DNA of 64,000 bases, taken from the NCBI GenBank assembly GCA_036340075.1, contig JAYYZJ010000005.1, positions 37,980 to 101,979 of the forward strand. Reading direction: 5' to 3'. The first letter of the stretch is position 1. Each line of letters opens with the position of its first letter. Origin of the DNA: Thermodesulfobacteriota bacterium. GTDB lineage: Bacteria > Desulfobacterota_D > UBA1144. Positions 18,864 to 29,070 of the stretch are shown one piece after another. A program made the translations under genes and the position numbers. The notes below the pieces were generated by a model, which worked only from the letters and a program-made list of their open reading frames with translations, did no database searches and had not been told where the DNA came from.

Positions 18864-18969
18864 CCCAATTAGTTTTCTTTATCTTATTTTCATTGTCCAT
18901 AAAAATTGGGGAAAGCACATAAGACAAAACAACAATGGTAATCAAAGACGAAATTATAAGACTACTCAT
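18856..18969 (-). CDS. putative 37-aa single-TM micro-protein, translationally coupled between ccmF and the cytochrome gene
   Basis: Not in the ORF track (under 60 aa). It reads MSSLIISSLITIVVLSYVLSPIFMDNENKIKKTNWDE. Its ATG overlaps the ccmF stop (ATGAGTAG) and its stop overlaps the cytochrome start (ATGAATAA). Confidence 0.35.
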   Translation of the reverse strand: MSSLIISSLITIVVLSYVLSPIFMDNENKIKKTNWDE

Positions 18970-20887
18970 AATTGTTTCTTCTCCTAATCATAAGTACTGC
19001 TCCACCTATTATTGATACCATACTCCCAATCCATAAGAATGATACTAAAGGATTAATATAGACTTTGAAGTTAAAATTTCCTTTTAAATTTTGATCAATA
19101 AGAATTAAATAATAGTCTCTAGTTAAAGTAGAGTATATGGCAACCTCAGTCTCTTTGTTAATCTCCCTATTACCTTCATATTTGTAATTATTTTGTTCAG
19201 GGTTAAGAAGGTATTTGTCATCACCATCATACAAAGCTAATCTAGCTCCTAATATTTTCTTTGCCTCATTTTCCTTTTCGTATACATCCGTAAGTTCTAT
19301 CTTGTAATTACCTACGATTGCAGTTTCTCCTTTTTTTAAACTTATATCGTATCTTGATGCAAAAACAGAGGAGTAATTAATTCCTAATACAATCAGTACG
19401 ATTCCTAAATGGACTACAAATGCGCAGTATCTTCTGGCTTTAAATTTAATTACTTCTTTTGACTTATTTTTATATTGAAATCTAAAATCTATAATTAGTT
19501 CTTTAAGCATTACGGAGATAACCAAGAGAGATAAAAAAAGAATCATACTTGTTTTGTAGTCATATGTTAAAACAAAAGATATGAGACTGAAAATTGTAGA
19601 GATTATCAATGGAGCAAGCAAGTATTTAAATAAAATATCTGGACTTCCTTTCTTCCAAGGGACTATGGGTGCTATAGACATTAATAACATTAGCAATAAA
19701 ATATTTGGGAAATTAACTAAATTATAAAAGCTTGGTCCAACCAATATTCTTTCTCCTGTTATAAATTCAGATAATATTGGAAAAGTTGTTCCTAATAAGA
19801 CTGTAAGAGTTATAACTAAAAAAAATATATTGTTAAAAATAAAAAAATTCTCTTTTGATATAAGTGAATTTATTTCTTCGTCTGATTCAATATGGCTTCT
19901 ATTTTTATAATATGACCAAAAAGAAATTATCAAAATAAGCAATATAAATGCTATGAAATAGTTTGCTATTCCTGATTGCGCAAACGAATGTACAGATGAA
20001 ATTAAACCACTTCTAGTTATAAAAGTTCCAAAAATTGAAAGAAAGAACGCTAGGAAGATTAAAAAAACATTCCATTTTCTTAATAAACTTCTTGATTCCT
20101 GTGCCATTGAGGAGTGCAAAAAAGCAGTTAAAACTAGCCATGGCATCAGGGCTACATTCTCTACCGGATCCCAGGCCCAATATCCACCCCAACCTAATTC
20201 TAAATACGCCCATCTTGATCCTAAAAGAAGACCTGCTGATAAAAAAACCCAACTAAAATAAGTCCAGCGTTTAGAAATTTTAATCCATTTATCAGAATTA
20301 TCTTTAGCTAGGATTGAGGCAATAGAAAATGCGAAAGGTACTGTAAGAGCGATATATCCAACATATAGAGTTACTGGATGAATCGCCATATAGATATTTT
20401 GTAAAATCGGATTCAATCCTCTACCATTTGCTTCTGGTGACATTAATGTTTCAAAGGGGCTCTCAATAAAAACTATAAGAAGGATAAAGAATACGAGCAC
20501 GAATAGAATTGATGCTTGAGTTATAGGGATTAATTTGTCTCTCGACTTTGTTATGGAGACAATAAATAAATAAATTGACATAATCCATGACCAAAGAAGA
20601 AGTGATCCTTCTTGGCCTGCCCATAAAGCAGCTACAGAATACATCATAGACAAATCATTACTTACATTTTTAGCAACATATGCATTTGTATAATCTTTGG
20701 TGATTAACAAATAAATTAAGATTCCTATTGTAATTGTTAATAGGACTAAGACAGAATTAATACAGCGAGTTCCTATAAATACAAATCTATTCTCTTTTCT
20801 TAATATTCCCAAGCAAAGAAAAGAGAATCCTAAGGAAGCAACTAAAAATGAAAGAAAAAGAGATGCCTCTCCAACACTATTGAACAA
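18962..20887 (-). CDS. ccmF: cytochrome c-type biogenesis protein CcmF (haem lyase)
   Basis: WGGYWAWDPVEN WWD domain in a 641-aa polytopic membrane protein. Confidence 0.9.
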   Translation of the reverse strand: MFNSVGEASLFLSFLVASLGFSFLCLGILRKENRFVFIGTRCINSVLVLLTITIGILIYLLITKDYTNAYVAKNVSNDLSMMYSVAALWAGQEGSLLLWSWIMSIYLFIVSITKSRDKLIPITQASILFVLVFFILLIVFIESPFETLMSPEANGRGLNPILQNIYMAIHPVTLYVGYIALTVPFAFSIASILAKDNSDKWIKISKRWTYFSWVFLSAGLLLGSRWAYLELGWGGYWAWDPVENVALMPWLVLTAFLHSSMAQESRSLLRKWNVFLIFLAFFLSIFGTFITRSGLISSVHSFAQSGIANYFIAFILLILIISFWSYYKNRSHIESDEEINSLISKENFFIFNNIFFLVITLTVLLGTTFPILSEFITGERILVGPSFYNLVNFPNILLLMLLMSIAPIVPWKKGSPDILFKYLLAPLIISTIFSLISFVLTYDYKTSMILFLSLLVISVMLKELIIDFRFQYKNKSKEVIKFKARRYCAFVVHLGIVLIVLGINYSSVFASRYDISLKKGETAIVGNYKIELTDVYEKENEAKKILGARLALYDGDDKYLLNPEQNNYKYEGNREINKETEVAIYSTLTRDYYLILIDQNLKGNFNFKVYINPLVSFLWIGSMVSIIGGAVLMIRRRNNYE

Positions 20888-21290
20888 TGGTCGACCTATT
20901 ATCCACTAATTTTTCCTCCTCATATTTTGTTGGACATTTAGCAAACAACTTGTTAGCAAAAAAAGTATCTTTATCCATAGAGCCTTCAACTACCGCCTCT
21001 ATGTTGTCTTTGAAAATATCAGGTATCACTCCTTTATATTCTACATAAATCATGGAATTTTGGTCTTTAATTTTAAATGAAATTGAACCATCTTCGTTTG
21101 TTTTTATTGAACCCTCTTGAACAATGCCTGAAACTCTTAATCTCTTTATCTTACTAAAAGATTTAGCTTCAACTGCCTCAGATACTGTAAGGTAGTAAAC
21201 CAATGAAGACTCTATCGCCTTATAAATAAGAAACGAGAAGAAAAGGATTAGGAATATTGAGAGTATCTTTATCTTGTTTTTTGGCGACAT
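20877..21290 (-). CDS. ccmE: cytochrome c maturation haem chaperone CcmE, variant C-x3-Y type
   Basis: N-terminal TM anchor and an OB-fold region. The C-terminal LFAKCPTKYEEE stands where canonical CcmE has LAKHDENY. Confidence 0.85.
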   Translation of the reverse strand: MSPKNKIKILSIFLILFFSFLIYKAIESSLVYYLTVSEAVEAKSFSKIKRLRVSGIVQEGSIKTNEDGSISFKIKDQNSMIYVEYKGVIPDIFKDNIEAVVEGSMDKDTFFANKLFAKCPTKYEEEKLVDNRSTIVQ

Positions 21291-21292
21291 TA

Positions 21293-21400
21293 TTAACGCT
21301 TCCTGTTAATTTTATTATTAATATAGAAAAGATATCCAAAAAGAATTAGCCAACAAACGACTTGAGAGTAAAAAAGATATTCTAAAGAATCTATAACCAT
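21293..21400 (-). CDS. ccmD: putative CcmD (35-aa single-TM peptide)
   Basis: An unlisted small ORF in the 133-nt ccmC-ccmE gap reads MVIDSLEYLFYSQVVCWLILFGYLFYINNKINRKR. Its stop overlaps the ccmE ATG (TAATAATG). This is the conserved position of ccmD. Confidence 0.5.
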   Translation of the reverse strand: MVIDSLEYLFYSQVVCWLILFGYLFYINNKINRKR

Positions 21401-21423
21401 GTCAGTATTTTAACTTCGAATCA

Positions 21424-22053
21424 CTATTTATCTAGTTTTAATCTTAGGTCGAAAATGGAAAGATACAAGAAAAAGAAACCAGCTAATGTAACAAGCAATG
21501 TGTCCATCATTTCTGGCGAAATTCCTCCTCCCTCTCCACCAAAGACAACAGGAGAAATTCCTCTCATTACTCGAACTGAAATATAAACTATTGGCAAATC
21601 TATAAAACTTATTATTGCAAAAACTGCTGCATATCTAGGCACTCCTGCGCTAGTAGAAAGCTTATGAAATACAAGATAAGAAGAATACAAAAGCAATAGA
21701 ATAAAAGTAGTAGTTAATTGAGGATCCCAAGTCCACCATGTCCCCCAAATTGGTTTCGCCCAAAACATTCCTGAAATTATTGTTAAAAGAGTGAAAACTA
21801 CTCCTATTTCTCCATTTACATATGCATACACAGAATTGATTTTTTTGTTATCAACAAGAAACTTAATTGAAAAAAACAAATTCATTATAAAAGCGATTGT
21901 GAAAACTAGTACATATGCCATATGAAAATAAAATATTCTTTGTACGTCTCCCATAACGATTTCTCGTGGTGCATATATAAAAATCATATAAAGACTTATT
22001 GATATTAAAATTAGAGAGATTGTTGGCGAGAATTTGAATAATATTTTAAGCAT
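21424..22053 (-). CDS. ccmC: haem exporter protein CcmC
   Basis: WGTWWTWDPQLT WWD motif. Confidence 0.9.
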   Translation of the reverse strand: MLKILFKFSPTISLILISISLYMIFIYAPREIVMGDVQRIFYFHMAYVLVFTIAFIMNLFFSIKFLVDNKKINSVYAYVNGEIGVVFTLLTIISGMFWAKPIWGTWWTWDPQLTTTFILLLLYSSYLVFHKLSTSAGVPRYAAVFAIISFIDLPIVYISVRVMRGISPVVFGGEGGGISPEMMDTLLVTLAGFFFLYLSIFDLRLKLDK

Positions 22054-22056
22054 AAA

Positions 22057-22722
22057 TCACCTTCTTAAAGAATAACTAAAGAGTATTGGACACACAGCCA
22101 AGAGAAGTATATCGAATGCTATAAGTACTTGCAAAGAAAATGTATTAACAAAATTAATTAAATCTAGAATATTTATTTCAGACAAGCAATTATAGGACAG
22201 TACCAAAAAGGGAATAATTAAAGGATAAATCATAATCAACATAAACTGTCCTTCGGATCTAATCCGCTCCAACATTAAAGAAAAAGTAGTGAGTATTATC
22301 GAGAGTCCCAATGAAAATGAAATAGAAAAAATAATAAAACTAATTACATTGTTAAAGAAAAAGTCTCCCAATAAAAATATAAACATTACAAGAGCCACAA
22401 TTAGTATTAAAAAATTAAGTAAAAATGTAAATAATATTTTTGATAAACATAGTACAGATAAATCGAAAGGTATATTGATAAGAATTAGCTCACCCTGCGA
22501 AGTAACTTCTTGTCTCGATATCCTTTGATTTGTTATTAAGTTAATAATTAATATAGTAAGAAAAAACAAATGAACAGGGTTTTGTTCACCAATAAAAACA
22601 AAAAACATAAGTGATACAGCAGGAGCTAAAATTAAAAAATAAATTATATTTAATTTCTCTCTAAACTCTGACACTAAATCTTTCCATAGAATTAAGTTAA
22701 CAATTGATAAATATTTTCTCAT
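22057..22722 (-). CDS. ccmB: haem exporter permease CcmB
   Basis: A 6-TM protein sitting between ccmA and ccmC. Confidence 0.8.
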   Translation of the reverse strand: MRKYLSIVNLILWKDLVSEFREKLNIIYFLILAPAVSLMFFVFIGEQNPVHLFFLTILIINLITNQRISRQEVTSQGELILINIPFDLSVLCLSKILFTFLLNFLILIVALVMFIFLLGDFFFNNVISFIIFSISFSLGLSIILTTFSLMLERIRSEGQFMLIMIYPLIIPFLVLSYNCLSEINILDLINFVNTFSLQVLIAFDILLLAVCPILFSYSLRR

Positions 22723-22727
22723 TAGAC

Positions 22728-23345
22728 TTACAATTCAAAAAAAGAATCAGGATTCAATCTTTCTACAAAAAAAGAATTATCTGAAACTAGCAGTGTCCCT
22801 CCGTTAGAAATATATTCGTTAATTATCTGATTTAGATTTTCTACTGATTTAGTATCCAAAAAGCTATAAGGCTCATCAAGCAATAAGATTTCGGGTTGAA
22901 TTAAAAAAGATATTAGCAAAGATACTCTCTTTTTTATTCCATCTGACAACTCATCTACTCTTTTGTTGATAAAGTCATTAACTTGAAAGTCTTTTATTAA
23001 CTTATTCCTAAAATTATAATCTTTTGATTTAAAAATACTCGAAAAGAATTTTATGTTTTCAAAAGCCGTTAATCCTTGATAAAGTGCCGAAGAACTTGGT
23101 AAATAAAATATTTGATTATGTATTTCGTTTCCTATATTTCTTATATTGTTATTTTCGTAAAAAATATCTCCTTCGTAATCTTCAATTTGAGAAGCAACTA
23201 TCTTCATCAATGTAGACTTCCCTGAACCATTAACACCTTTAATCCAAAAAATAGAATTTCTATTTACATTTAAGCTAATTGACTCAAAGACTAGATTTTC
23301 GTTATAGCTTTTCTTTAATCCTTTTATCTGTATTATGTTATCCAC
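22728..23345 (-). CDS. ccmA: cytochrome c biogenesis ABC ATPase CcmA
   Basis: Walker [10 protein letters not shown] and an ABC signature. It is the first gene of the ccm cluster. Confidence 0.85.
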   Translation of the reverse strand: MDNIIQIKGLKKSYNENLVFESISLNVNRNSIFWIKGVNGSGKSTLMKIVASQIEDYEGDIFYENNNIRNIGNEIHNQIFYLPSSSALYQGLTAFENIKFFSSIFKSKDYNFRNKLIKDFQVNDFINKRVDELSDGIKKRVSLLISFLIQPEILLLDEPYSFLDTKSVENLNQIINEYISNGGTLLVSDNSFFVERLNPDSFFEL

Positions 23346-23391
23346 GATATATAACTTTACTTAATTAGGGCAATAAATTAAAATTTCAAAG

Positions 23392-23772
23392 ATGAAGTTC
23401 TTACACACAATGATAAGAGTTGGAGATCTTGATAAATCAATTGACTTCTATACTAATATAATCGGTCTAAAATTAGTAAGAAAAACTGAATATCCTCATG
23501 GTGATTTTACTTTAGCTTTTCTTGCTATTAATGAAAATGATCCAGAACCTTTTTTAGAATTAACCTATAATTGGGGGATTGAAAATTACGACTTAGGCAA
23601 AGGTTTTGGGCACATAGCTATAGGTGTCGATGATATTTATTCTATTTGTGAAATTATTAAAAACAAAGGGGGGAAGATAACTCGAGAGCCAGGTCCAATG
23701 AAAGGAAGTAAATCAATACTTGCTTTTGTTGAAGATCCAGATGGTTATAAAATTGAGTTATTGCAAAGATGA
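23392..23772 (+). CDS. gloA: lactoylglutathione lyase (glyoxalase I)
   Basis: MKFLHTMIRVGDLDKSIDFYT...ELTYNWG..GFGHIA VOC-fold signature. Confidence 0.9.
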   Translation: MKFLHTMIRVGDLDKSIDFYTNIIGLKLVRKTEYPHGDFTLAFLAINENDPEPFLELTYNWGIENYDLGKGFGHIAIGVDDIYSICEIIKNKGGKITREPGPMKGSKSILAFVEDPDGYKIELLQR

Positions 23773-23773
23773 A

Positions 23774-24178
23774 ATGATATCCGTAACAAGAAAGGCGAAT
23801 TTTAATGCTGCGCATAGACTACATAATCCTAATTGGTCAGATAAAAAAAATGCCGAATTCTATGGATTATGCAACAATGAAAACTATCATGGACACAATT
23901 ACGAATTAGAAGTAACAGTTACAGGAGAAATTGACAGCGAATCTGGATATTTAATTGATTTAAAATATCTTGGCAATGTAATAGAACAAGAAATAGAGTT
24001 GAAATTTGATCATAAAAATTTAAATCTTGATACTACAGAATTCGAGAATTTAATACCCACTGCAGAAAATATAGCTATAGTCATTTGGAAAATTCTTAGA
24101 AATAAAATAAAAAAGGAGCTCGAAATAAAGGTTCGTCTTCATGAAACACCAAGAAACTATGTGGAATACTCTGGTTAG
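23774..24178 (+). CDS. queD: 6-carboxy-5,6,7,8-tetrahydropterin synthase (QueD/PTPS)
   Basis: VTRKANFNAAHRL...YHGHNYELEVTV motifs. ATG at 23774 overlaps the gloA stop, and the track's upstream extension is spurious. Confidence 0.85.
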   Translation: MISVTRKANFNAAHRLHNPNWSDKKNAEFYGLCNNENYHGHNYELEVTVTGEIDSESGYLIDLKYLGNVIEQEIELKFDHKNLNLDTTEFENLIPTAENIAIVIWKILRNKIKKELEIKVRLHETPRNYVEYSG

Positions 24179-24210
24179 AACTTATAGTAATTTAGTTTAT
24201 ATTTATTGTT

Positions 24211-25236
24211 ATGGATTTAAAACTTTTAAAAGAACTTTGTGATTGTCCTGGTGTACCTGGTTGTGAAAATCTTGTAAGCGAAATAGTTCAAAGAGAATTA
24301 AAGAATTATTCTGAAGAGATAACAACAGACCCTATGGGTAATGTAATTTTTAAAATCACAGACAATAATGGTCCCAGAATTCTTGTTGACGCACATATGG
24401 ATGAAGTAGGATTTATTGTTTCGCATATAGAAGAGAATGGAATAATCAGAGTAATACCTTTAGGTGGTATTGACCCAAAACTTTTTTATGGTCAGAGGCT
24501 TACTATATGGGGTAAAGATGAAATAGATGTAACTGTTGGTGCAATCCCACCCCACATAAGGAAAGATACCGATAGTGCTCCAGAAATTGATGATTGCATT
24601 ATAGATTCTGGAATTGAATATAAAAAATTAAAAAAACTAGTCAAAGTTGGTGATCCAGTAACTTTCTCTACTAAATGTTTAGTTGATAATGGGAGAGTCT
24701 TATCAAAAGCTTTAGATGATAGAGTTGGTCTTTTTGTAGCAATTGAAGCTATTAAAAGCATTAAGAAAAAAAATCTTAAATGTCAGCTTACTGTATCTGC
24801 CTCAGTCCAAGAAGAAATGGGTTTGAGAGGAGCAAGAATCATTAATTCAAGAGTAAAACCAGATTTTTCTATTGCTCTAGAAGGAACAGTTTCAAATGAC
24901 TTACCAGGAGTTCCAAAACATAAATCGTTAGCTCATATAGGTGCTGGTCCAGAAATTCGTATATCTGATAAATACCTAATAGCTGATAGAGATTTTAATA
25001 CTTTTATAGAAAATTTAGCAACTTCTAATAAAATTGATTATCAATTGACGGCAAAAAATGCTGGTGGAACAAATTCTACAGCTTTTCAAGTTACTGGAGA
25101 AGGGTCAAAGGCAACTGTTTTGTCAGTACCAGTAAGATATCTACATAGTCCTAGCTCAGTAGCAACCTTGAACGATATAGAACTAACAATAAAGCTACTC
25201 ACTAAGATTATTTTAAATATTCATAAATTTAACTAA
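24211..25236 (+). CDS. M42 family metallo-aminopeptidase (FrvX/YpdE-like)
   Basis: PMGNVIF...ILVDAHMDEVGFIV and the second metal site are typical of M42 peptidases. Confidence 0.8.
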   Translation: MDLKLLKELCDCPGVPGCENLVSEIVQRELKNYSEEITTDPMGNVIFKITDNNGPRILVDAHMDEVGFIVSHIEENGIIRVIPLGGIDPKLFYGQRLTIWGKDEIDVTVGAIPPHIRKDTDSAPEIDDCIIDSGIEYKKLKKLVKVGDPVTFSTKCLVDNGRVLSKALDDRVGLFVAIEAIKSIKKKNLKCQLTVSASVQEEMGLRGARIINSRVKPDFSIALEGTVSNDLPGVPKHKSLAHIGAGPEIRISDKYLIADRDFNTFIENLATSNKIDYQLTAKNAGGTNSTAFQVTGEGSKATVLSVPVRYLHSPSSVATLNDIELTIKLLTKIILNIHKFN

Positions 25237-25562
25237 TGAAAGAAAATATAATATTAGAAATCTTCAATAGAGCATTTAAAGATGCTACCTCTTTGTCAAT
25301 CAATCTCCTAGAAGATAGAATGATTAAATTAAAGATTGATAATCAAGATTTGGCCTTAATTGAGACTTTATCAAATGAAGAATTAGATGAAATGGCCGGT
25401 AAAATAAGGGAAGAGAACATGGAACTTCTTGAGACTTTATCTAGCAGTAAAGAGAATAAGGATGATATTGAATCTCAGATTTTAGATAATTTTTTTGTTG
25501 AAATAGTTAGCACTATAGATCGAGTTTACAATCTAATAATCAGCAAGCAGCTTGGTGGATGA
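25236..25562 (+). CDS. hypothetical acidic protein
   Basis: 108 aa, coupled (ATGA) to the upstream peptidase. No recognisable motif. Confidence 0.4.
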   Translation: MKENIILEIFNRAFKDATSLSINLLEDRMIKLKIDNQDLALIETLSNEELDEMAGKIREENMELLETLSSSKENKDDIESQILDNFFVEIVSTIDRVYNLIISKQLGG

Positions 25563-25631
25563 AGCTCCTATTCGTTCAGCTTGAATACTTTGCAAATAGT
25601 CAATAATCTGTTAAAAATATAGTGCTGGGTC

Positions 25632-25994
25632 ATGATGGAATACAGTTTTTTTCTTATAATCTTTGTAGCTATTATTAGCATTCCCCTTCTGATGATTTTT
25701 ACATCCAAAGTGATTAAATTCATACTGGGAAGAAACACAAATCCCTTAGATACAATATATGAGTGTGGAGAGCCAAGCATAGAAACATCCTGGAAACAAA
25801 TACCAATTTCTTATTTTAAAATTGCATTAATCTTTATACTTTTTGATATTGAATTAGTCTTCGTCTTTCCATGGATATTGAGCTTAGACGACCCAACTAA
25901 ACTATCATATTTTTCTTTCATAACTTTTATAATAATACTATTTATAGGCTGGATTTATGCATATAAAAAGGGTTATTTAAAATGGGAAATGTAA
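25632..25994 (+). CDS. nuoA: NADH-quinone oxidoreductase subunit A
   Basis: 3-TM protein with a YECGEP motif. First gene of the nuo operon. Confidence 0.9.
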   Translation: MMEYSFFLIIFVAIISIPLLMIFTSKVIKFILGRNTNPLDTIYECGEPSIETSWKQIPISYFKIALIFILFDIELVFVFPWILSLDDPTKLSYFSFITFIIILFIGWIYAYKKGYLKWEM

Positions 25995-26971
25995 AAAAAT
26001 CATTAGAAGATATAGGAACTTTTACCAAACTACCTGGTGCTAATTTATTTATAACCAGTACAAAAAAATTGTTTAATTGGGCACAAAAATCTAGCTTATG
26101 GCCTTTATCATTTGGCCTTGCGTGTTGTGCAATAGAAATGATGGCAACGTTCTCATCTAGATATGATTTAGATAGACTAGGAATGATAACTAGAGCTTCT
26201 CCGAGACAAGCTGATTTAATGATAATTGCTGGAACAGTTACAGTTAAAATGTCCGACAGAATTAAAACACTTTATGATCAGATGGCTTCTCCAAAATGGG
26301 TAATCGCTGCAGGAAGCTGTGCAATATCTGGAGATCATTACAGACATATTTATAGTGTAGTTCCTGGAGTTGACTGGGTCATCCCTGTAGATGTTTATGT
26401 CCCAGGTTGTCCTCCTACTCCCGAAGCTTTTATTGAAGGAATAATGGAACTGCAAAATATAATTTCCACTGGTAAAGCTTCTCCTACTAAAAATGTTCCT
26501 TGTATAAAAAATGAAATTAAAATTGAAGAAAAGAAAGTTAAAAAACAAAAGAACCTCATTTCAAATAATTTTATCAAGAAAGAAGAGATATTAAATTATG
26601 CAACTACTTATAAAAACAAAGGTTTTGAGTATCTTAAATTCATTACGGCTACAGATTTCGAAGATGGTTTAATTCTTACATATGTTATATCGAATATTAA
26701 ATTAAACGAAGATTTAGAATTTAATATAATTCTAGAAGACGCCTGTGAAGTTCCGTCATTAGCACAGATATTTTCTGGAGCGAATTGGCAAGAAAGAGAA
26801 ATATATGATTTATTCGGTATAAATTTTATTAACCATCCAAATATGAAAAGAATTATGATGCCAGATGACTGGGAAGGATATCCCTTAAGAAAGGAATATT
26901 CAATGAACACACACAAGCTACCATATAGACCTACCAAAGAGGAGTACGAATCTTGGAAGACAAAATTATAG
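25982..26971 (+). CDS. NADH-quinone oxidoreductase fused subunits B and C
   Basis: Residues 1-185 are NuoB ([22 protein letters not shown] cluster N2 ligands). A K-rich linker follows. Residues ~200-329 are NuoC ([25 protein letters not shown]...GYPLRKEY). Confidence 0.85.
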   Translation: MGNVKKSLEDIGTFTKLPGANLFITSTKKLFNWAQKSSLWPLSFGLACCAIEMMATFSSRYDLDRLGMITRASPRQADLMIIAGTVTVKMSDRIKTLYDQMASPKWVIAAGSCAISGDHYRHIYSVVPGVDWVIPVDVYVPGCPPTPEAFIEGIMELQNIISTGKASPTKNVPCIKNEIKIEEKKVKKQKNLISNNFIKKEEILNYATTYKNKGFEYLKFITATDFEDGLILTYVISNIKLNEDLEFNIILEDACEVPSLAQIFSGANWQEREIYDLFGINFINHPNMKRIMMPDDWEGYPLRKEYSMNTHKLPYRPTKEEYESWKTKL

Positions 26972-28095
26972 AACAGGATTTTGGAGACCTCGCTATCAAT
27001 ATGGGTCCTCAACACCCTTCTACTCACGGAGTTTTTAGACTAAAACTTCATTTGCAAGGGGAAAGAATTAATAAAGTTGAATCTTACCTTGGCTATCTTC
27101 ACAGAGGCGTTGAGAAGCTAACAGAAGTTCTAGATTACGATATGATTCCTCCAGTGCTTGAAAGAGATGATTATTTGTCCCCTACTTCTAATTCATTAGG
27201 ATTTGTAAACATTGTTGAAAAAATGTGTTCAATTGAAGTTCCACGAAGGGCTTCTTACATTAGGGTACTTGGCGCTGAACTCCAAAGAATCAGCTCTCAT
27301 TTAGTTGCACTCGGAACCTATGGACTAGACTTAGGCGGAGCATTAGGTGGTGGCGCGAGTCTTTTTCTATATTGCTTTAGAGAAAGAGAAAAAATACTAG
27401 ATATAATGGAAGAACTTACTGGAACTCGTTTTCATACTAATTTGAATCAAATTGGTGGTGTTAGATATGATGTAAAACCTGAATTGGTAGACAAAATTCA
27501 CGATTTAATTTCGTACTTACGACCTTTATTACTTGAATATAGCAATATGTTTTCTAAAGATGAAATAATTATTAAGAGAACTAGAAATATTGGTGTAATC
27601 TCCCAAAAACTAGCAAAAGAAAATGGTTGTTCTGGTCCAGTAGCACGTGCATCAGGAATTAATTTTGATATAAGAAAGAATAAACCATATGAGTGCTACA
27701 ACGAATTTGATTTCGACATACCACTTGGTGAAACAGGAGACGCCTACGATAGAACATTAGTAAGAATCAAAGAAAATATCGAATCCCTTAAAATTGTTGA
27801 ACAGATAATTGAAGGTATACCTACAGGTGATTTATGCTCTAGAAAACCTCTTAAAAGTGCAAAACTAATAAAACCACCAAAAGGTTCTTTTTATTCTTCT
27901 GTTGAGTCTCCAAGAGGAGAATTAGGCTTCTTTGTTGTTTCAGATGGAACTTCGATCCCCTACAGAATGAAAATTAGAGCACCATCTTTTTCGAATTTGT
28001 CTGTAATAGAAAAAATATTGCCAGGAAATTATGTTGCTGACTCCGTTGCGATTTTAGGGTCACTCGATCCTGTCTTTGGAGATGTTGATAGATAA
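26953..28095 (+). CDS. nuoD: NADH-quinone oxidoreductase subunit D
   Basis: [16 protein letters not shown]... 49-kDa subunit signature. Its TTG start overlaps the nuoBC end. Confidence 0.9.
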   Translation: MEDKIIEQDFGDLAINMGPQHPSTHGVFRLKLHLQGERINKVESYLGYLHRGVEKLTEVLDYDMIPPVLERDDYLSPTSNSLGFVNIVEKMCSIEVPRRASYIRVLGAELQRISSHLVALGTYGLDLGGALGGGASLFLYCFREREKILDIMEELTGTRFHTNLNQIGGVRYDVKPELVDKIHDLISYLRPLLLEYSNMFSKDEIIIKRTRNIGVISQKLAKENGCSGPVARASGINFDIRKNKPYECYNEFDFDIPLGETGDAYDRTLVRIKENIESLKIVEQIIEGIPTGDLCSRKPLKSAKLIKPPKGSFYSSVESPRGELGFFVVSDGTSIPYRMKIRAPSFSNLSVIEKILPGNYVADSVAILGSLDPVFGDVDR

Positions 28096-29066
28096 TGTTT
28101 AAAGAATTTTTACAATTTAGTTTCCCAATATTTATGTCTATTTCTACATTAATTTTGATCGTAGCTTATTTAGTTTGGCTAGAGAGAAAAGTTGCAGCAC
28201 GAATTCAATCAAGGATAGGACCTTATCTTGTTGGTAAACCTCATGGTTGGCTCCAGCCTTTGGCTGATGCTTTAAAGCTAATGATAAAAGATGATTCGAT
28301 TCCTAAAAATTCCGATTCGTTATTATTTAATTTTGGTCCTATTTGGGTAATGGTTGTCAGTCTGGGCTCCTTTGCATTATTACCCTTTTATTTTGATAAT
28401 CCAATGATTAATGCTGATTTGAGCTTAATGCTATTTATTGCAATTAGCTCACTAATAATTGTTGGCATCTTTGTCTCCGGCTGGTCTTCAAATAATAAAT
28501 ATGCATTAATCTCTGTTATAAGGACAACGGCCCAAATTATTTCTTATGAAATACCATTAGTTATATCATTACTAATCCCATGCATATTAATTGGTAGCTT
28601 AAGTTTTTCCGATATTATTAATTCACAAGAAAAACTGTGGACTATCTTTTATCCATTTATTGGACAAATTAGTTTTGTTATTTTTTTTGTTTCAGCTCTT
28701 GCAGAAGGAAACAGAATACCTTTTGATTTATCAGAGGCAGAATCAGAGCTTGTCTCTGGATATACAACAGAATACTCTGGAATCAAATTCGCAATTTTCT
28801 ACTTAGCTGAGTACGCCCATCTCTTTGGAATATCTGTACTTGGATCTATAGTTTTTTTTGGTGGACCTAACGGACCATTTATAAGTTCTAACATGTTAAT
28901 AGTCTTAAAAGCTCTTCTCTTTTTTACATTAATTTTATTTATAAGATGGAGTTTTTTTAGAATTAGAATCGATCAACTGCTTAGATTTAATTGGATAAAG
29001 CTTATCCCAATTTCTTTTCTAGCATTGTTGGCTACATGTTTTATTAAATATTTTGGTGATTTTTAG
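28095..29066 (+). CDS. nuoH: NADH-quinone oxidoreductase subunit H
   Basis: 8-TM protein with the NuoH/ND1 signature (LAERKVAARIQ...GP). Confidence 0.9.
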   Translation: MFKEFLQFSFPIFMSISTLILIVAYLVWLERKVAARIQSRIGPYLVGKPHGWLQPLADALKLMIKDDSIPKNSDSLLFNFGPIWVMVVSLGSFALLPFYFDNPMINADLSLMLFIAISSLIIVGIFVSGWSSNNKYALISVIRTTAQIISYEIPLVISLLIPCILIGSLSFSDIINSQEKLWTIFYPFIGQISFVIFFVSALAEGNRIPFDLSEAESELVSGYTTEYSGIKFAIFYLAEYAHLFGISVLGSIVFFGGPNGPFISSNMLIVLKALLFFTLILFIRWSFFRIRIDQLLRFNWIKLIPISFLALLATCFIKYFGDF

Positions 29067-29070
29067 TACG

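Noticed and set aside
25563-25631. Candidate sigma70-like promoter upstream of nuoA (TTGCAA ... TATAGT)
   Set aside because: The spacing between the candidate -35 and -10 is about 22 nt, which is too long. In AT-rich DNA such matches are frequent, so it is not reported as a feature.
25982-26971. Possibility that the NuoB-NuoC fusion is a frameshift artefact
   Set aside because: The reading frame is continuous through a plausible K-rich linker and no stop or frame change is visible. It is kept as a real fusion, but read-level confirmation is advisable.
26216-27027. Three antisense ORFs (26216-26548, 26395-26577, 26608-27027) inside the nuoBC/nuoD region
   Set aside because: They lie entirely antisense to strongly supported nuo coding sequence. 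Their composition is low-complexity and unlike a protein, so they are most likely spurious.
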